A DNA stretch of 64,000 nt from Patescibacteria group bacterium. GTDB lineage: Bacteria; Patescibacteriota; Saccharimonadia; CAILAD01; BJGX01. Location: NCBI GenBank assembly GCA_026397045.1, contig JAPLVO010000012.1, forward strand, positions 10,654 through 74,653, read 5' to 3'. Shown here piece by piece: positions 29,606 to 38,921 of the stretch; positions within the stretch are counted from its first letter, which is position 1, and each line of letters opens with the position of its first letter. Position numbers and translations under genes: made by a program. Under the pieces are notes generated by a model. The model did no database searches, was not told where the DNA came from, and worked only from the letters and a program-made list of their open reading frames with translations.

Positions 29606-31390
29606 ATGAAAGAAATTATCAGAATAATTGGTTACTCAGCAAGCCTGTGGCGTTATTACCTCACAATTAGCTTCTTCGTGGTTGTACTTTCGTTATTAAA
29701 TCTAGCATCTCCTTTTATCACCAAAGGCTTAATCGATGGCCTGACGACAAAGTATTCGGGTGGCGCCGTGAGCTTTGGGTATTTTATGGTATTGCTTGGG
29801 CTGATGCTACTAGCTAATATCACCATCACACTACTCTCAAACATAAATGGCTTTATAGGCGATAACATGGCCGTAAAGCTCAATAGCCTATTGTCCCGTA
29901 GGTATTTTGAGCACCTCATGAAGCTACCAATGAGCTATTTTGATAATGAATTAACCGGTAAAATCACCGCCCGATTAGAGCGCTCAATTACTACAATTAG
30001 TATCCTAATGCAAACGCTTGGCAATAATTTCGTGCAGTTCTTCTTGACTACCGCTATAACGCTAATTGTAATTGCATTCTACTCTTGGCAGGTGGCGGTG
30101 CTACTCGTAATAATATTCCCTACATACATATGGATTACTCATCTTTCGAGTAAGTCGTGGCAGAAAACTCAAGAGGGTATCAATAAGGACTTAGATAGCG
30201 CTAACGGCCGCTTTGTCGAGAGTATTGCACAGGTTCGGGTGGTAAAATCATTTGTTAGCGAAAACCGCGAAGTAGGCTTTTTTGGTCTTAAACGAAAATC
30301 TATCGAAGGCCAAACGAAGCTACAGTCCGCGCACTGGCACAAGTATGATGTTATGCGCAGGGTTATTCTAAATATTGTATTTTTTGCCATTTATGTAGTC
30401 ATCATATGGCAAGGCTACCAAGGAGCTTATGGCTTAGGTACGGTGGTGCTTTTAATTACCCTAGTCATCCAGGCCGAGTTCCCGCTATTTGCTAGTAGCT
30501 TTATTATAGATGCCCTGCAAAGGGCCAGCGCTGGTAGCAAGGATTACTTTGAGGTCATGAATACCGAGCCTAGTATTACCGACAAGTCTGATTCTAAAAT
30601 ATTTAAAGTCAAAAAAGGCAAAGTGGAGTATCGAAAGGTTGATTTTGGCTATGAAGGCGGCGCTAGTGTACTAAAGGATGTCAGCTTTACGCTGGAGCCA
30701 GGCAGTAAGCTAGCCTTAGTGGGGGAATCGGGTGAGGGCAAAAGCACCATCGCGAACTTGCTTTTGCGCTTCTATGAAGTAAATGCTGGGTCAATATTTA
30801 TTGATGGTCAGGATGTTAGGGATGTATCGCAAAAAAGCCTCAGGGCTAGTGTCGGGGTGGTATTCCAGGAGCCGTTGCTATTTTCTGGAACAGTCCGAGA
30901 AAACATTGCCTACTCCGAACCAAAGGCTAAATTATCGGTAATTATAGCCGCCGCAAAAGCCGCCAACGCCTATGGTTTTATCAGTAAATTACCCAAGGGC
31001 CTTGATACTGAGATTGGCGAACGAGGAGTAAAGCTAAGTGGCGGTCAAAAGCAACGCATTGCCATAGCTCGGGCAATTGTTAAGGATCCAGCGATATTAA
31101 TTCTCGATGAGGCCACCAGCAGCCTTGATAGTAAAGCCGAGCACGAAGTCCAGCAGGCACTAGAGCGGCTAATGGAAAATCGCACCACGCTTATTATTGC
31201 TCATCGTCTGAGTACGATAGCTAATGTCGATACTATTGTTGGGCTTCGCAAAGGCCGAGTGATAGAACAGGGCTCACCAGCTGAGCTCAAAGATGGTAAT
31301 GGTATCTATGCCGAGCTACTAAAGCTTCAGACTCTCGGCCAAACGGAAGTCGGCCAAGCCAAACTCAAGAAATACGATATTTCGAGCTAA
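29606..31390 (+). CDS. ABC exporter, fused permease-ATPase (MsbA-like)
   Basis: 6-TM N-terminal domain; Walker A GESGEGKST, signature LSGGQKQRIAIARA, Walker B ILILDEATS. Confidence 0.85.
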   Translation: MKEIIRIIGYSASLWRYYLTISFFVVVLSLLNLASPFITKGLIDGLTTKYSGGAVSFGYFMVLLGLMLLANITITLLSNINGFIGDNMAVKLNSLLSRRYFEHLMKLPMSYFDNELTGKITARLERSITTISILMQTLGNNFVQFFLTTAITLIVIAFYSWQVAVLLVIIFPTYIWITHLSSKSWQKTQEGINKDLDSANGRFVESIAQVRVVKSFVSENREVGFFGLKRKSIEGQTKLQSAHWHKYDVMRRVILNIVFFAIYVVIIWQGYQGAYGLGTVVLLITLVIQAEFPLFASSFIIDALQRASAGSKDYFEVMNTEPSITDKSDSKIFKVKKGKVEYRKVDFGYEGGASVLKDVSFTLEPGSKLALVGESGEGKSTIANLLLRFYEVNAGSIFIDGQDVRDVSQKSLRASVGVVFQEPLLFSGTVRENIAYSEPKAKLSVIIAAAKAANAYGFISKLPKGLDTEIGERGVKLSGGQKQRIAIARAIVKDPAILILDEATSSLDSKAEHEVQQALERLMENRTTLIIAHRLSTIANVDTIVGLRKGRVIEQGSPAELKDGNGIYAELLKLQTLGQTEVGQAKLKKYDISS

Positions 31391-31410
31391 GACAGACAAA
31401 TTATCAACTT

Positions 31411-32253
31411 ATGAACACAGCTAAGCCATATAAATTTTATAATCTGATATCTAAAGGCAAGCCCTCGCTGAATCAGCAATTTGAATTTGGCTTTGGCAAA
31501 AAAATAGTATTTCTGCACGGTCTTGGCTCATCTGGTCGTTACTGGTCCGAGACATCACGCCTTTTGGCGGGCCATTACCGCACTTTTAGCTTCGATCTAC
31601 TAGGCTTTGGCGAATCCCCAAAGCCTAACGAACTCGACTACTTTCTATGGCAACAAGCCGATGCTCTTAGGCAGGGTCTGTGGGATAGACGAATATGGGG
31701 TAGGGTTAATATCGTCGGCCATTCACTCGGCGGTTTGGTGGCATTAGAATTTGCCAAGCGTTATCCAAAAAAAGTTTCTTGTTTGGTGCTGTCGAATATA
31801 CCGGTCATATTACAAAGATCAGAACATCAGCGTGTCGAGAAAAACTATGCACTGATTTACGAGCTATTAAAAAATGAGCTACATCGCAAGGGGCTCAAGA
31901 CCGTCCGTAGCTCAAAAGTTATTCAGCATAAGATACTACCGCGCTACGCCAAAACGAAGCTTGCCCAGAAGGTCTTCTCAGACTACGATCTGGATCATAT
32001 CAGCCGATATGCCTACAACCAGTCGATCAAAAACTCAATCGAGAGTCAGCAGACAATGCAGGGTTTAGATAAGATTAAGGCACCAGTCTATATTGTTAGA
32101 GCAAGCAAAGACCGCGCGGTTATAAAAGGCAATGTTTCTAAGCTAGCCAGCCATGTAGCTAATTCGAAAATAATTGATGTTGTGGGTGGACACCAGTATC
32201 CGATTCAGCACGCTGGGGGGTTTGCCAAGATAATCATTGATAATTTGCACTAA
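31411..32253 (+). CDS. Alpha/beta-fold hydrolase
   Basis: Nucleophile elbow GHSLGG; HGLGSSG oxyanion region. Confidence 0.7.
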   Translation: MNTAKPYKFYNLISKGKPSLNQQFEFGFGKKIVFLHGLGSSGRYWSETSRLLAGHYRTFSFDLLGFGESPKPNELDYFLWQQADALRQGLWDRRIWGRVNIVGHSLGGLVALEFAKRYPKKVSCLVLSNIPVILQRSEHQRVEKNYALIYELLKNELHRKGLKTVRSSKVIQHKILPRYAKTKLAQKVFSDYDLDHISRYAYNQSIKNSIESQQTMQGLDKIKAPVYIVRASKDRAVIKGNVSKLASHVANSKIIDVVGGHQYPIQHAGGFAKIIIDNLH

Positions 32254-32371
32254 ACTACATAAATACCAATATCCTAGCTCTAGTTTGCCACATAAAGCTA
32301 TTGACATAGCAGGCTTAAAGATGTAGAGTCTGGCGTATCCGAACCGAACATTACGATTTTTAGGAGGTGTA

Positions 32372-32611
32372 ATGAAACTCGGGTACTTTACCCCCAGCCA
32401 AGCCCTCCAGGAGCTAGAAAGAATTCTAGCCGATGGAAGGGTGGTAGAGGTACAAATGAGGGGCTCAGAAGCCCACCTTTGCTCTTCTGCTCCAAATGCT
32501 GAATTGGCAAAACTCATTTCTGGACATAGCTCTTATGAGTTTTGTTCTGAGGCTACTATCTCCGAAAACGGAGAAAATAAACTAGTCCTAACCATTATCC
32601 CGGTCAATTGA
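32372..32611 (+). CDS. Hypothetical small protein
   Basis: A 79-aa ORF with a TTGACA-17-TAGAGT promoter-like sequence upstream and a GC hairpin (32611-32639) right after the stop. Confidence 0.35.
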   Translation: MKLGYFTPSQALQELERILADGRVVEVQMRGSEAHLCSSAPNAELAKLISGHSSYEFCSEATISENGENKLVLTIIPVN

Positions 32612-32767
32612 TCCCGCCCCTGTAATTTGGGGGCGGGATTAAACTTGAAAAATCAGTTTTGTTCTGCTATTATTATCACGCAAAAGTAATTTAACGAAAC
32701 ATATTGATTATTAGCTCCTCCCGCTTGGGAAAATCAATAGATGCAAATTAAGGAGATTTACACAATT

Positions 32768-33565
32768 ATGGCAAAGACAACACAGGCTGATCCAAAAAAG
32801 CCTATCAAAGAATCTATTAAGGCTGATGATACATTATTGAAACAGCTTCTAGAGGCAGGCGCTCATTTTGGGCACCGGCAGGATCGCTGGAACCCTAAGA
32901 TGAAACCTTATATCTACGGAGCCAGGGGCGGAGTACATATAATTGACCTTACAAAGACCCACGACCAGCTGTTGATAGCCGAGAAGTTCATTGAAGACAC
33001 CACTAAAATAGGCGGCACAATCTTATTTGTTAGCACCAAGCGCCAAGCTCGCCCAATTATTCAAAAGGCCGCCAGCGACACAGCGATGCCCTTCGTAATC
33101 AATCGATGGCTAGGTGGGATGCTGACTAATTTAGAAACAATCCAGACACGAGTTACTAAGCTCAAGAAGCTCCAGGAGGAATCGAGTGAGGGGAGCTTGG
33201 TGGGCACTAAAAAAGAACGCGCTGATCAAGAGCGCGAGATGGAAAAACTAAGTAAGGTGTTCACAGGAATATCCGAGATGCAAAATTTGCCATCGGCAGT
33301 ATTTATCGTGGATATAATGCGCGACGACATCGCTGTTTCTGAGGCCAATAAGCTAGGGATCCCAATTGTTGCAATTTGCGATACCAATACCAATCCCGAA
33401 CTAATAACATACCCCGTAGCTGCTAACGATGATGCCGTAAAGACTATAAGCCTGATCGTTTCAAGAATAACAGCGGCGGCTCTGCGAGGCAGTGAGCTTT
33501 ATAAAGCCAAAACAGCTGAGTCCGCCCAAAAGGAAGCAGCCAAGAATAATCAGGAGGAAAAGTAA
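32768..33565 (+). CDS. rpsB: 30S ribosomal protein S2
   Basis: LEAGAHFGHRQDRWNPKMKPYIYGARGGVHIIDL. The ORF track begins at 32741; the ATG at 32768 follows AAGGAG. Confidence 0.9.
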   Translation: MAKTTQADPKKPIKESIKADDTLLKQLLEAGAHFGHRQDRWNPKMKPYIYGARGGVHIIDLTKTHDQLLIAEKFIEDTTKIGGTILFVSTKRQARPIIQKAASDTAMPFVINRWLGGMLTNLETIQTRVTKLKKLQEESSEGSLVGTKKERADQEREMEKLSKVFTGISEMQNLPSAVFIVDIMRDDIAVSEANKLGIPIVAICDTNTNPELITYPVAANDDAVKTISLIVSRITAAALRGSELYKAKTAESAQKEAAKNNQEEK

Positions 33566-34156
33566 TTGAACATAGACGATATTAAAAAACTGCGTGAATC
33601 TACCGGGGCTGGCATGATGGACGCCAAGTCGGCACTTGAAGAGGCTAAGGGGGATTTTGATAAAGCCGTAGTGGTGTTGCGCAAAAAAGGCCTCGCCAAG
33701 GCTGCTAAGAAAGCCGAGCGTACAGCTGCGGTCGGAGTAGTAGAGAGCTATGTACATAGCGATAAGATTGGCGTTCTGGTGGAGGTTAATTGCGAGACCG
33801 ACTTCGTAGCACGCACCGATGATTTTAAGTTATTTACCAAGGATATTGCCATGCATATTGCTGCCGCCAACCCTACCTATCTCCTGCCCAGTGATATTTC
33901 GCAAAATGATCTAGACAAAGAGAAAGAAATATTCGCAGATGAGCTTAAGGCTAGCGGCAAGCCAGCCGAGCATGCTGAAAAGATTATAGAAGGCAAATTG
34001 GCTAAGTGGTATGAGGATGTCTGCCTTATGAACCAACCTTTCATAAAGGACCCCAGCCAGACTATAGAGCAGCTCAGGCAAGCTCTTGTTGGAAAGCTCG
34101 GCGAGAATATCATAATTCGAAGGTTTAGCCGTATTGAAGTGGGTGGCTTAGAATAG
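33566..34156 (+). CDS. tsf: Elongation factor Ts
   Basis: KLRESTGAGMMDAKSAL...VVVLRKKG. TTG start 8 nt after AGGAGG, abutting the rpsB stop. Confidence 0.9.
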   Translation: MNIDDIKKLRESTGAGMMDAKSALEEAKGDFDKAVVVLRKKGLAKAAKKAERTAAVGVVESYVHSDKIGVLVEVNCETDFVARTDDFKLFTKDIAMHIAAANPTYLLPSDISQNDLDKEKEIFADELKASGKPAEHAEKIIEGKLAKWYEDVCLMNQPFIKDPSQTIEQLRQALVGKLGENIIIRRFSRIEVGGLE

Positions 34157-34179
34157 CCTTCTCGGCTATACTATAACTC

Positions 34180-34740
34180 ATGGAAACTCAACTACTAAAG
34201 TCGGCCGAGGCTAAATTCAAAGCCACCCTAGAACACTTCGAGAGTGAGCTGACGGGTGTAAGGACTGGCCGAGCTAGTGCAGGGTTGGTAGACACTATTC
34301 GAGTCGAAGTTTACGGCCAGTCGATGCCCTTAAAAACAATCGCAACCATCTCAACCCCAGATGCCAAAACCATTCAAATCCAACCCTGGGATCAGTCTAA
34401 TTTATCATTTATCGAAAAGGCTATTAGCGAAAATCCAAATCTCGGCCTCAACCCCAGTAACGACGGTAGAGTAATTCGAATTGCTGTCCCTGCTTTATCT
34501 GAAGAGACCAGAATCCAACTCATTAAGCTAGTCAAGGAAAAGGCCGAATTGGCTAATGTTAGTTTGCGCAACGGTAGGCATGAAGCCCTTAACACAGCCA
34601 AAACCAAAGAAAAAGCTAAAGTGCTTACCCAGGATCAAGTAACTAAGCTCCAAAAGGCGATAGATAGCCTTATTGATACCTACAATAAGAGTGTTCAAGC
34701 TATAGTCGTTAAAAAAGAACAGGAACTGATGTCGGTTTAA
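34180..34740 (+). CDS. frr: Ribosome recycling factor
   Basis: A 186-aa RRF family member. pyrH is not interposed between tsf and frr. Confidence 0.9.
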   Translation: METQLLKSAEAKFKATLEHFESELTGVRTGRASAGLVDTIRVEVYGQSMPLKTIATISTPDAKTIQIQPWDQSNLSFIEKAISENPNLGLNPSNDGRVIRIAVPALSEETRIQLIKLVKEKAELANVSLRNGRHEALNTAKTKEKAKVLTQDQVTKLQKAIDSLIDTYNKSVQAIVVKKEQELMSV

Positions 34741-35447
34741 TGGCCATCCAAGCACACCACAATGCTGGATTACCTCGCCATATTGGGTTTATTTTAGATG
34801 GGAATCGTCGGTGGGCGAAAGAAAAAGGGCTACCCAAACTAGTAGGGCACAAAAAGGGCTATGAGAACCTTAAGACGATATCTCAGGCCTGTTTTGACAA
34901 AGGAATCGAGGTCGTATCAGCCTATATATTTTCCACTGAAAACTGGAATAGGGAGGCCGATGAAGTAGATTATTTGATGGGGCTAGCTCTTAAGCTATTT
35001 AAGACCGACCTAGAAGAGTTGATGCAGAAAAACATCAAGGTGGTAGTTTCTGGTTCTAGGGATAAGCTTGCCGCCAATATCCTGGAGGCCATGGACGAAA
35101 CTATTTCAAAGACCAAAGATAACACCTCGGGTATTATTAATGTCTGTTTCAATTATGGTGGCCAGGCAGATATTGTATCTGCAGTTGCTGCAATTATTAA
35201 AAATAAAGTAGACCCAAGCAAGATAACCCCTCAGCTTATTCGATCTGAGCTGAGCCACCCAGAGCTACCGCCGGTCGATTATATAGTTAGAACTTCTGGC
35301 GAACAGCGACTAAGCAACTTTTTGCTCTGGGATAGTGCCTATGCCGAGCTAGAATTTGTCGATGTCCACTGGCCGGGGTTTAAGCTACAAGACCTCGAAG
35401 CTGTTCTGGACGAATATAAATCCCGTAAAAGGCGATTTGGCAGCTGA
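34740..35447 (+). CDS. uppS: Undecaprenyl-diphosphate synthase (cis-prenyltransferase)
   Basis: GFILDGNRRWA motif; FSTENWNR. Confidence 0.9.
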   Translation: MAIQAHHNAGLPRHIGFILDGNRRWAKEKGLPKLVGHKKGYENLKTISQACFDKGIEVVSAYIFSTENWNREADEVDYLMGLALKLFKTDLEELMQKNIKVVVSGSRDKLAANILEAMDETISKTKDNTSGIINVCFNYGGQADIVSAVAAIIKNKVDPSKITPQLIRSELSHPELPPVDYIVRTSGEQRLSNFLLWDSAYAELEFVDVHWPGFKLQDLEAVLDEYKSRKRRFGS

Positions 35448-36520
35448 TGATTAATATATTATTTATAATTATAATATTTTCATTGCTTGTTATCGCGCAC
35501 GAATTAGGCCATTTTATAGCCGCTAGGCGTAACGGCGTGGCTGTCGATGAATTCGGCATTGGCTTTCCGCCAAAATTATTCGGGCTCAAGAAGCGAGGCA
35601 CGCTTTATAGTATAAATCTGCTACCAATCGGTGGATTTGTTAGGCTCAAGGGAGAAGATGACCAAGTAGTAGGTAAGGATAGCTTTTCGGCTCAACCCTA
35701 TAAGGCCAAGACCAAAATAATATTAGCAGGTGTAGCTGTAAACCTAGCCATCGCGTATGCCATACTGCTAATTTTGATGGTAGCTGGCTTGCCAGCAATA
35801 CTGCCTAATGGCTTTGTTAATGTTGGGCCTATTAAGCCCGCCAGCATCGAAAAATCTGCTCTTTTGACAGTTTCAGTGGCTAAGGGCTCGGCCGCAGAGA
35901 AAGCTGGTTTGAAGCCAGGCACCGAAATTATCCAGCTCAATAGTACTCCGGTTCTTAGCTTTGATCAGCTCAGAGACTTTACTCAAGCCAACGCTGGCCA
36001 AGAGGTTTTGATAACTACTCGTAAAAACGGCGAGACCAAGCAGGTGCAGGTTCAGCTCGGCAATGATCCCGAGGCTGGCTATCTAGGGCTAGTTGCTCAG
36101 CCAATCGAAATTGCACGATATTCTCCCATTACTGCGATTTTTGCCGCTGCCATCGGAGTAGTCCAGCTGGCACTGGCCACCTTAGCTGCCTTCGGAAGTT
36201 TTATAGCTGGGCTATTTACTAAGGCTCAAGTAAGTAGTAGCGTGGCAGGCCCAGTAGGCATAGTGGGCCTATTTACAGGCGTGATGCAATTTGGTTGGCG
36301 TCATGTACTGGCCTTCATCGCTTCAATATCTTTAAGCCTAGCAGTTATCAATAGCCTGCCAATACCAGGCCTGGACGGCGGCAGATTTGCCTTAATAACT
36401 CTAGCTAGGCTAGGCTTTAAAATAACTCCCAAAAACGAGGCCCTGGTTCATTACTTTGGCTTCGGGTTTTTGATTATTTTGATAGTAATTGTAACAATCT
36501 CGGATATATCGCGACTTTAG
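35447..36520 (+). CDS. rseP: Site-2 protease RseP (M50 family with PDZ)
   Basis: HELGHF zinc site, a PDZ segment, and the C-terminal LDGG motif. Confidence 0.85.
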   Translation: MINILFIIIIFSLLVIAHELGHFIAARRNGVAVDEFGIGFPPKLFGLKKRGTLYSINLLPIGGFVRLKGEDDQVVGKDSFSAQPYKAKTKIILAGVAVNLAIAYAILLILMVAGLPAILPNGFVNVGPIKPASIEKSALLTVSVAKGSAAEKAGLKPGTEIIQLNSTPVLSFDQLRDFTQANAGQEVLITTRKNGETKQVQVQLGNDPEAGYLGLVAQPIEIARYSPITAIFAAAIGVVQLALATLAAFGSFIAGLFTKAQVSSSVAGPVGIVGLFTGVMQFGWRHVLAFIASISLSLAVINSLPIPGLDGGRFALITLARLGFKITPKNEALVHYFGFGFLIILIVIVTISDISRL

Positions 36521-36559
36521 CTCTGGTCAGTACTCTACTAGCTTGGTAGACTAGTATCT

Positions 36560-37612
36560 ATGATAGATTCAATTTTGGGTAAATTTTCGCACGATATCGG
36601 CATAGACCTAGGTACTGCCAATACCTTAGTTTATGTCCGCGGGAAAGGCATAGTCGTAAATGAGCCTTCGGTGGTCGCGATTAATACCAAGAACCGCCAG
36701 ATCCTGGCAATAGGCGATGAAGCTAAGCGAATGGTCGGCAAAACCCCAGCCAATATCGTGGCCACAAGGCCTCTTGTAGATGGAGTTGTTAGTGATTTTG
36801 AAATTACAGAACAGATGCTGCGATATTTCATCGAGAAGGTCCATCGTGAAAGCTTCGTACTATTCCCTAGACCTCGAGTAGTAATTGGTATTCCATCGGG
36901 TGTTACTGAAGTCGAACGGCGCGCCGTTGAGGACGCCGCCACCAATGCAGGTGCTAGGCAAGCTTTTTTGATAGAAGAGCCTATGGCCGCCGCGATTGGT
37001 AGCGGGCTATCTATCCATGATGCGGCCGGCAGTATGGTGGTTGATATTGGCGGCGGAACTAGCGAGGTGGCGGTTATTAGCCTCGGGGGGATAGTAGCCA
37101 GCCGATCCATAAGAATTGCAGGTGATGAGCTGACAGAGGATATAATTAGCTATTGCAAAGAGGAGTTTAGCCTCCACATAGGGGAAAGAACAGCCGAGAG
37201 CATTAAAATAAATATTGGCTCAGCGGTGAAGCTTAATAAGATTCTGGAGGCTCCAGTCAGAGGCCGAGACATGGTAACGGGCCTGCCCAAGGAAATAATT
37301 GTAAATTCTAATCAAGTGCGCCAGGCTCTAGCTAAAAGCGTACGATCCATTGTCGATGCTGTTAAATACACTATCGAGGAGACCCCACCCGAACTGCTGG
37401 CCGACATCATGGACAAGGGAGTATACCTGGCTGGCGGCGGCGCACTATTAAGAGGCCTCGATGCCCTGCTTGCCCAGCAAACTAAGATGCCCGTGCACAT
37501 TGCAGCCGATCCTTTAACCTCAGTCGCCAGAGGAACTGGAATGGTCCTGGAGGACCTGGATAGCCTTAAGGATGTGCTGGTCTCAACTCAGTACGAGAAG
37601 GCACCCTACTAG
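36560..37612 (+). CDS. mreB: Rod shape-determining protein MreB
   Basis: DIGIDLGTANTLVYV and the rest of the actin-fold motif set. Confidence 0.95.
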   Translation: MIDSILGKFSHDIGIDLGTANTLVYVRGKGIVVNEPSVVAINTKNRQILAIGDEAKRMVGKTPANIVATRPLVDGVVSDFEITEQMLRYFIEKVHRESFVLFPRPRVVIGIPSGVTEVERRAVEDAATNAGARQAFLIEEPMAAAIGSGLSIHDAAGSMVVDIGGGTSEVAVISLGGIVASRSIRIAGDELTEDIISYCKEEFSLHIGERTAESIKINIGSAVKLNKILEAPVRGRDMVTGLPKEIIVNSNQVRQALAKSVRSIVDAVKYTIEETPPELLADIMDKGVYLAGGGALLRGLDALLAQQTKMPVHIAADPLTSVARGTGMVLEDLDSLKDVLVSTQYEKAPY

Positions 37613-37620
37613 GAGCCCTC

Positions 37621-38418
37621 ATGAAGCAAAGATACTCCGTTACAGTAGTTGTAATATGCCTAGTGGCATTGTTGGTAATAGCCCTACGCTACGCTGGCGG
37701 ATTCTGGCCCTTTAGGATTATTAATGACCAAATCATCAACCCTATTGGGGCCGGGATTAGCCAGGCCGGTCGTGGACTTAGGGATAATATAGAATTAATC
37801 ACCAGGGCATCGGAGCTATCGCAGATTAGTAAAAACCAGGATGCAGAAATATTAGAGCTCAAAAACCAGCTCTCCAGCCTTAAGGAAATCGCTAATGAAA
37901 ACGAACAGCTCCGAGGCCAGCTAAAGTTTAATGAACGATTGTCGTTAAATCTTACGGCCGCGCGAGTAGTGTCTAGCGAAGGCACTAGTCTGCGTAAGTA
38001 CATCACCATAGATCGTGGCAAAAACAGCGGCCTGGCCAGCGGCATGGCGGTGCTTTCGTCGGGCGTGTTAGTAGGTACTATAGATCGAGTTGAGGACTTT
38101 AGCTCGACGGTGTTTCTGACCTCCGATCCAGAGTTTAGGATTAGAGCAATAGGCCAGGATGGCAGAGCCCAGGGGATAGTGCGTGGCCAGCTCGGCCAAG
38201 GCTATCTATTCGAAAAGATCACCCAGGCCGAATCTATAACCATCTCCGAACAAATCGTGTCGTCAGGCTCAGGGCTAGTACCCAAGGGGATCTTGATAGG
38301 TCAAGTGGAGTCTATCTCGAAGAGTGATAATGCCGTATTCCAGTCGGCCCAGCTCAAGCCGCTGGTCGACCTGTCTAGGCTCGAGGTGGTATTTGTAGTA
38401 ACGGGTCTCAAGCAATGA
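37621..38418 (+). CDS. mreC: Rod shape-determining protein MreC
   Basis: N-terminal TM, then a coiled coil and a beta-rich domain, directly after mreB. Confidence 0.75.
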   Translation: MKQRYSVTVVVICLVALLVIALRYAGGFWPFRIINDQIINPIGAGISQAGRGLRDNIELITRASELSQISKNQDAEILELKNQLSSLKEIANENEQLRGQLKFNERLSLNLTAARVVSSEGTSLRKYITIDRGKNSGLASGMAVLSSGVLVGTIDRVEDFSSTVFLTSDPEFRIRAIGQDGRAQGIVRGQLGQGYLFEKITQAESITISEQIVSSGSGLVPKGILIGQVESISKSDNAVFQSAQLKPLVDLSRLEVVFVVTGLKQ

Positions 38419-38921
38419 AGACAGTATTATTAGCCATCGCCCTAGTTATCAGTATTTTGCTACAATTATTTTTCCTACAAAGCTGGCAAGCAGATGGTAT
38501 TTCAGCCAATGTCGTGTTGGCATATTTGGCCATAATTAGTATTTATACCAGCACCGAGCAAATGCTCTGGATGTCGCTCTTTGCCGGGCTATCGAGCGAT
38601 ATTTATTCTTCAGGAGACTTTGGATTCTACTTAGGCTTTTATCTATTAGTAGCAGTTGCTTGTAAGTACTTGTTTAAGTTTGGAAGCCAGGAGCATTCCT
38701 GGTGGAAGCCGATATTTTTTTTAGCTTTCGCGGCTAGCGCCCAGAGCCTAGTGGTTAGCCTGCCTCTTTACAGTTCCAGCCCTGCCTGGCAAGTGACACA
38801 ACAAGCCCTGACCTTCGTTATATTAACTGTAGGGGTGGGGGTTTTGTGGTATTTACTATTAAGCCAACTACTCGAGATGGCAAATAGAATTAAACTGCCA
38901 GGAATATTAAATATCAAATGA
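38415..38921 (+). CDS. mreD: Rod shape-determining protein MreD (probable)
   Basis: Small polytopic membrane protein in the mreBCD position. Confidence 0.6.
   Translation: MKTVLLAIALVISILLQLFFLQSWQADGISANVVLAYLAIISIYTSTEQMLWMSLFAGLSSDIYSSGDFGFYLGFYLLVAVACKYLFKFGSQEHSWWKPIFFLAFAASAQSLVVSLPLYSSSPAWQVTQQALTFVILTVGVGVLWYLLLSQLLEMANRIKLPGILNIK

Noticed and set aside
36631-37110. A 159-aa minus-strand ORF inside mreB
   Set aside because: Antisense to mreB, which is unambiguous, and has no signals.
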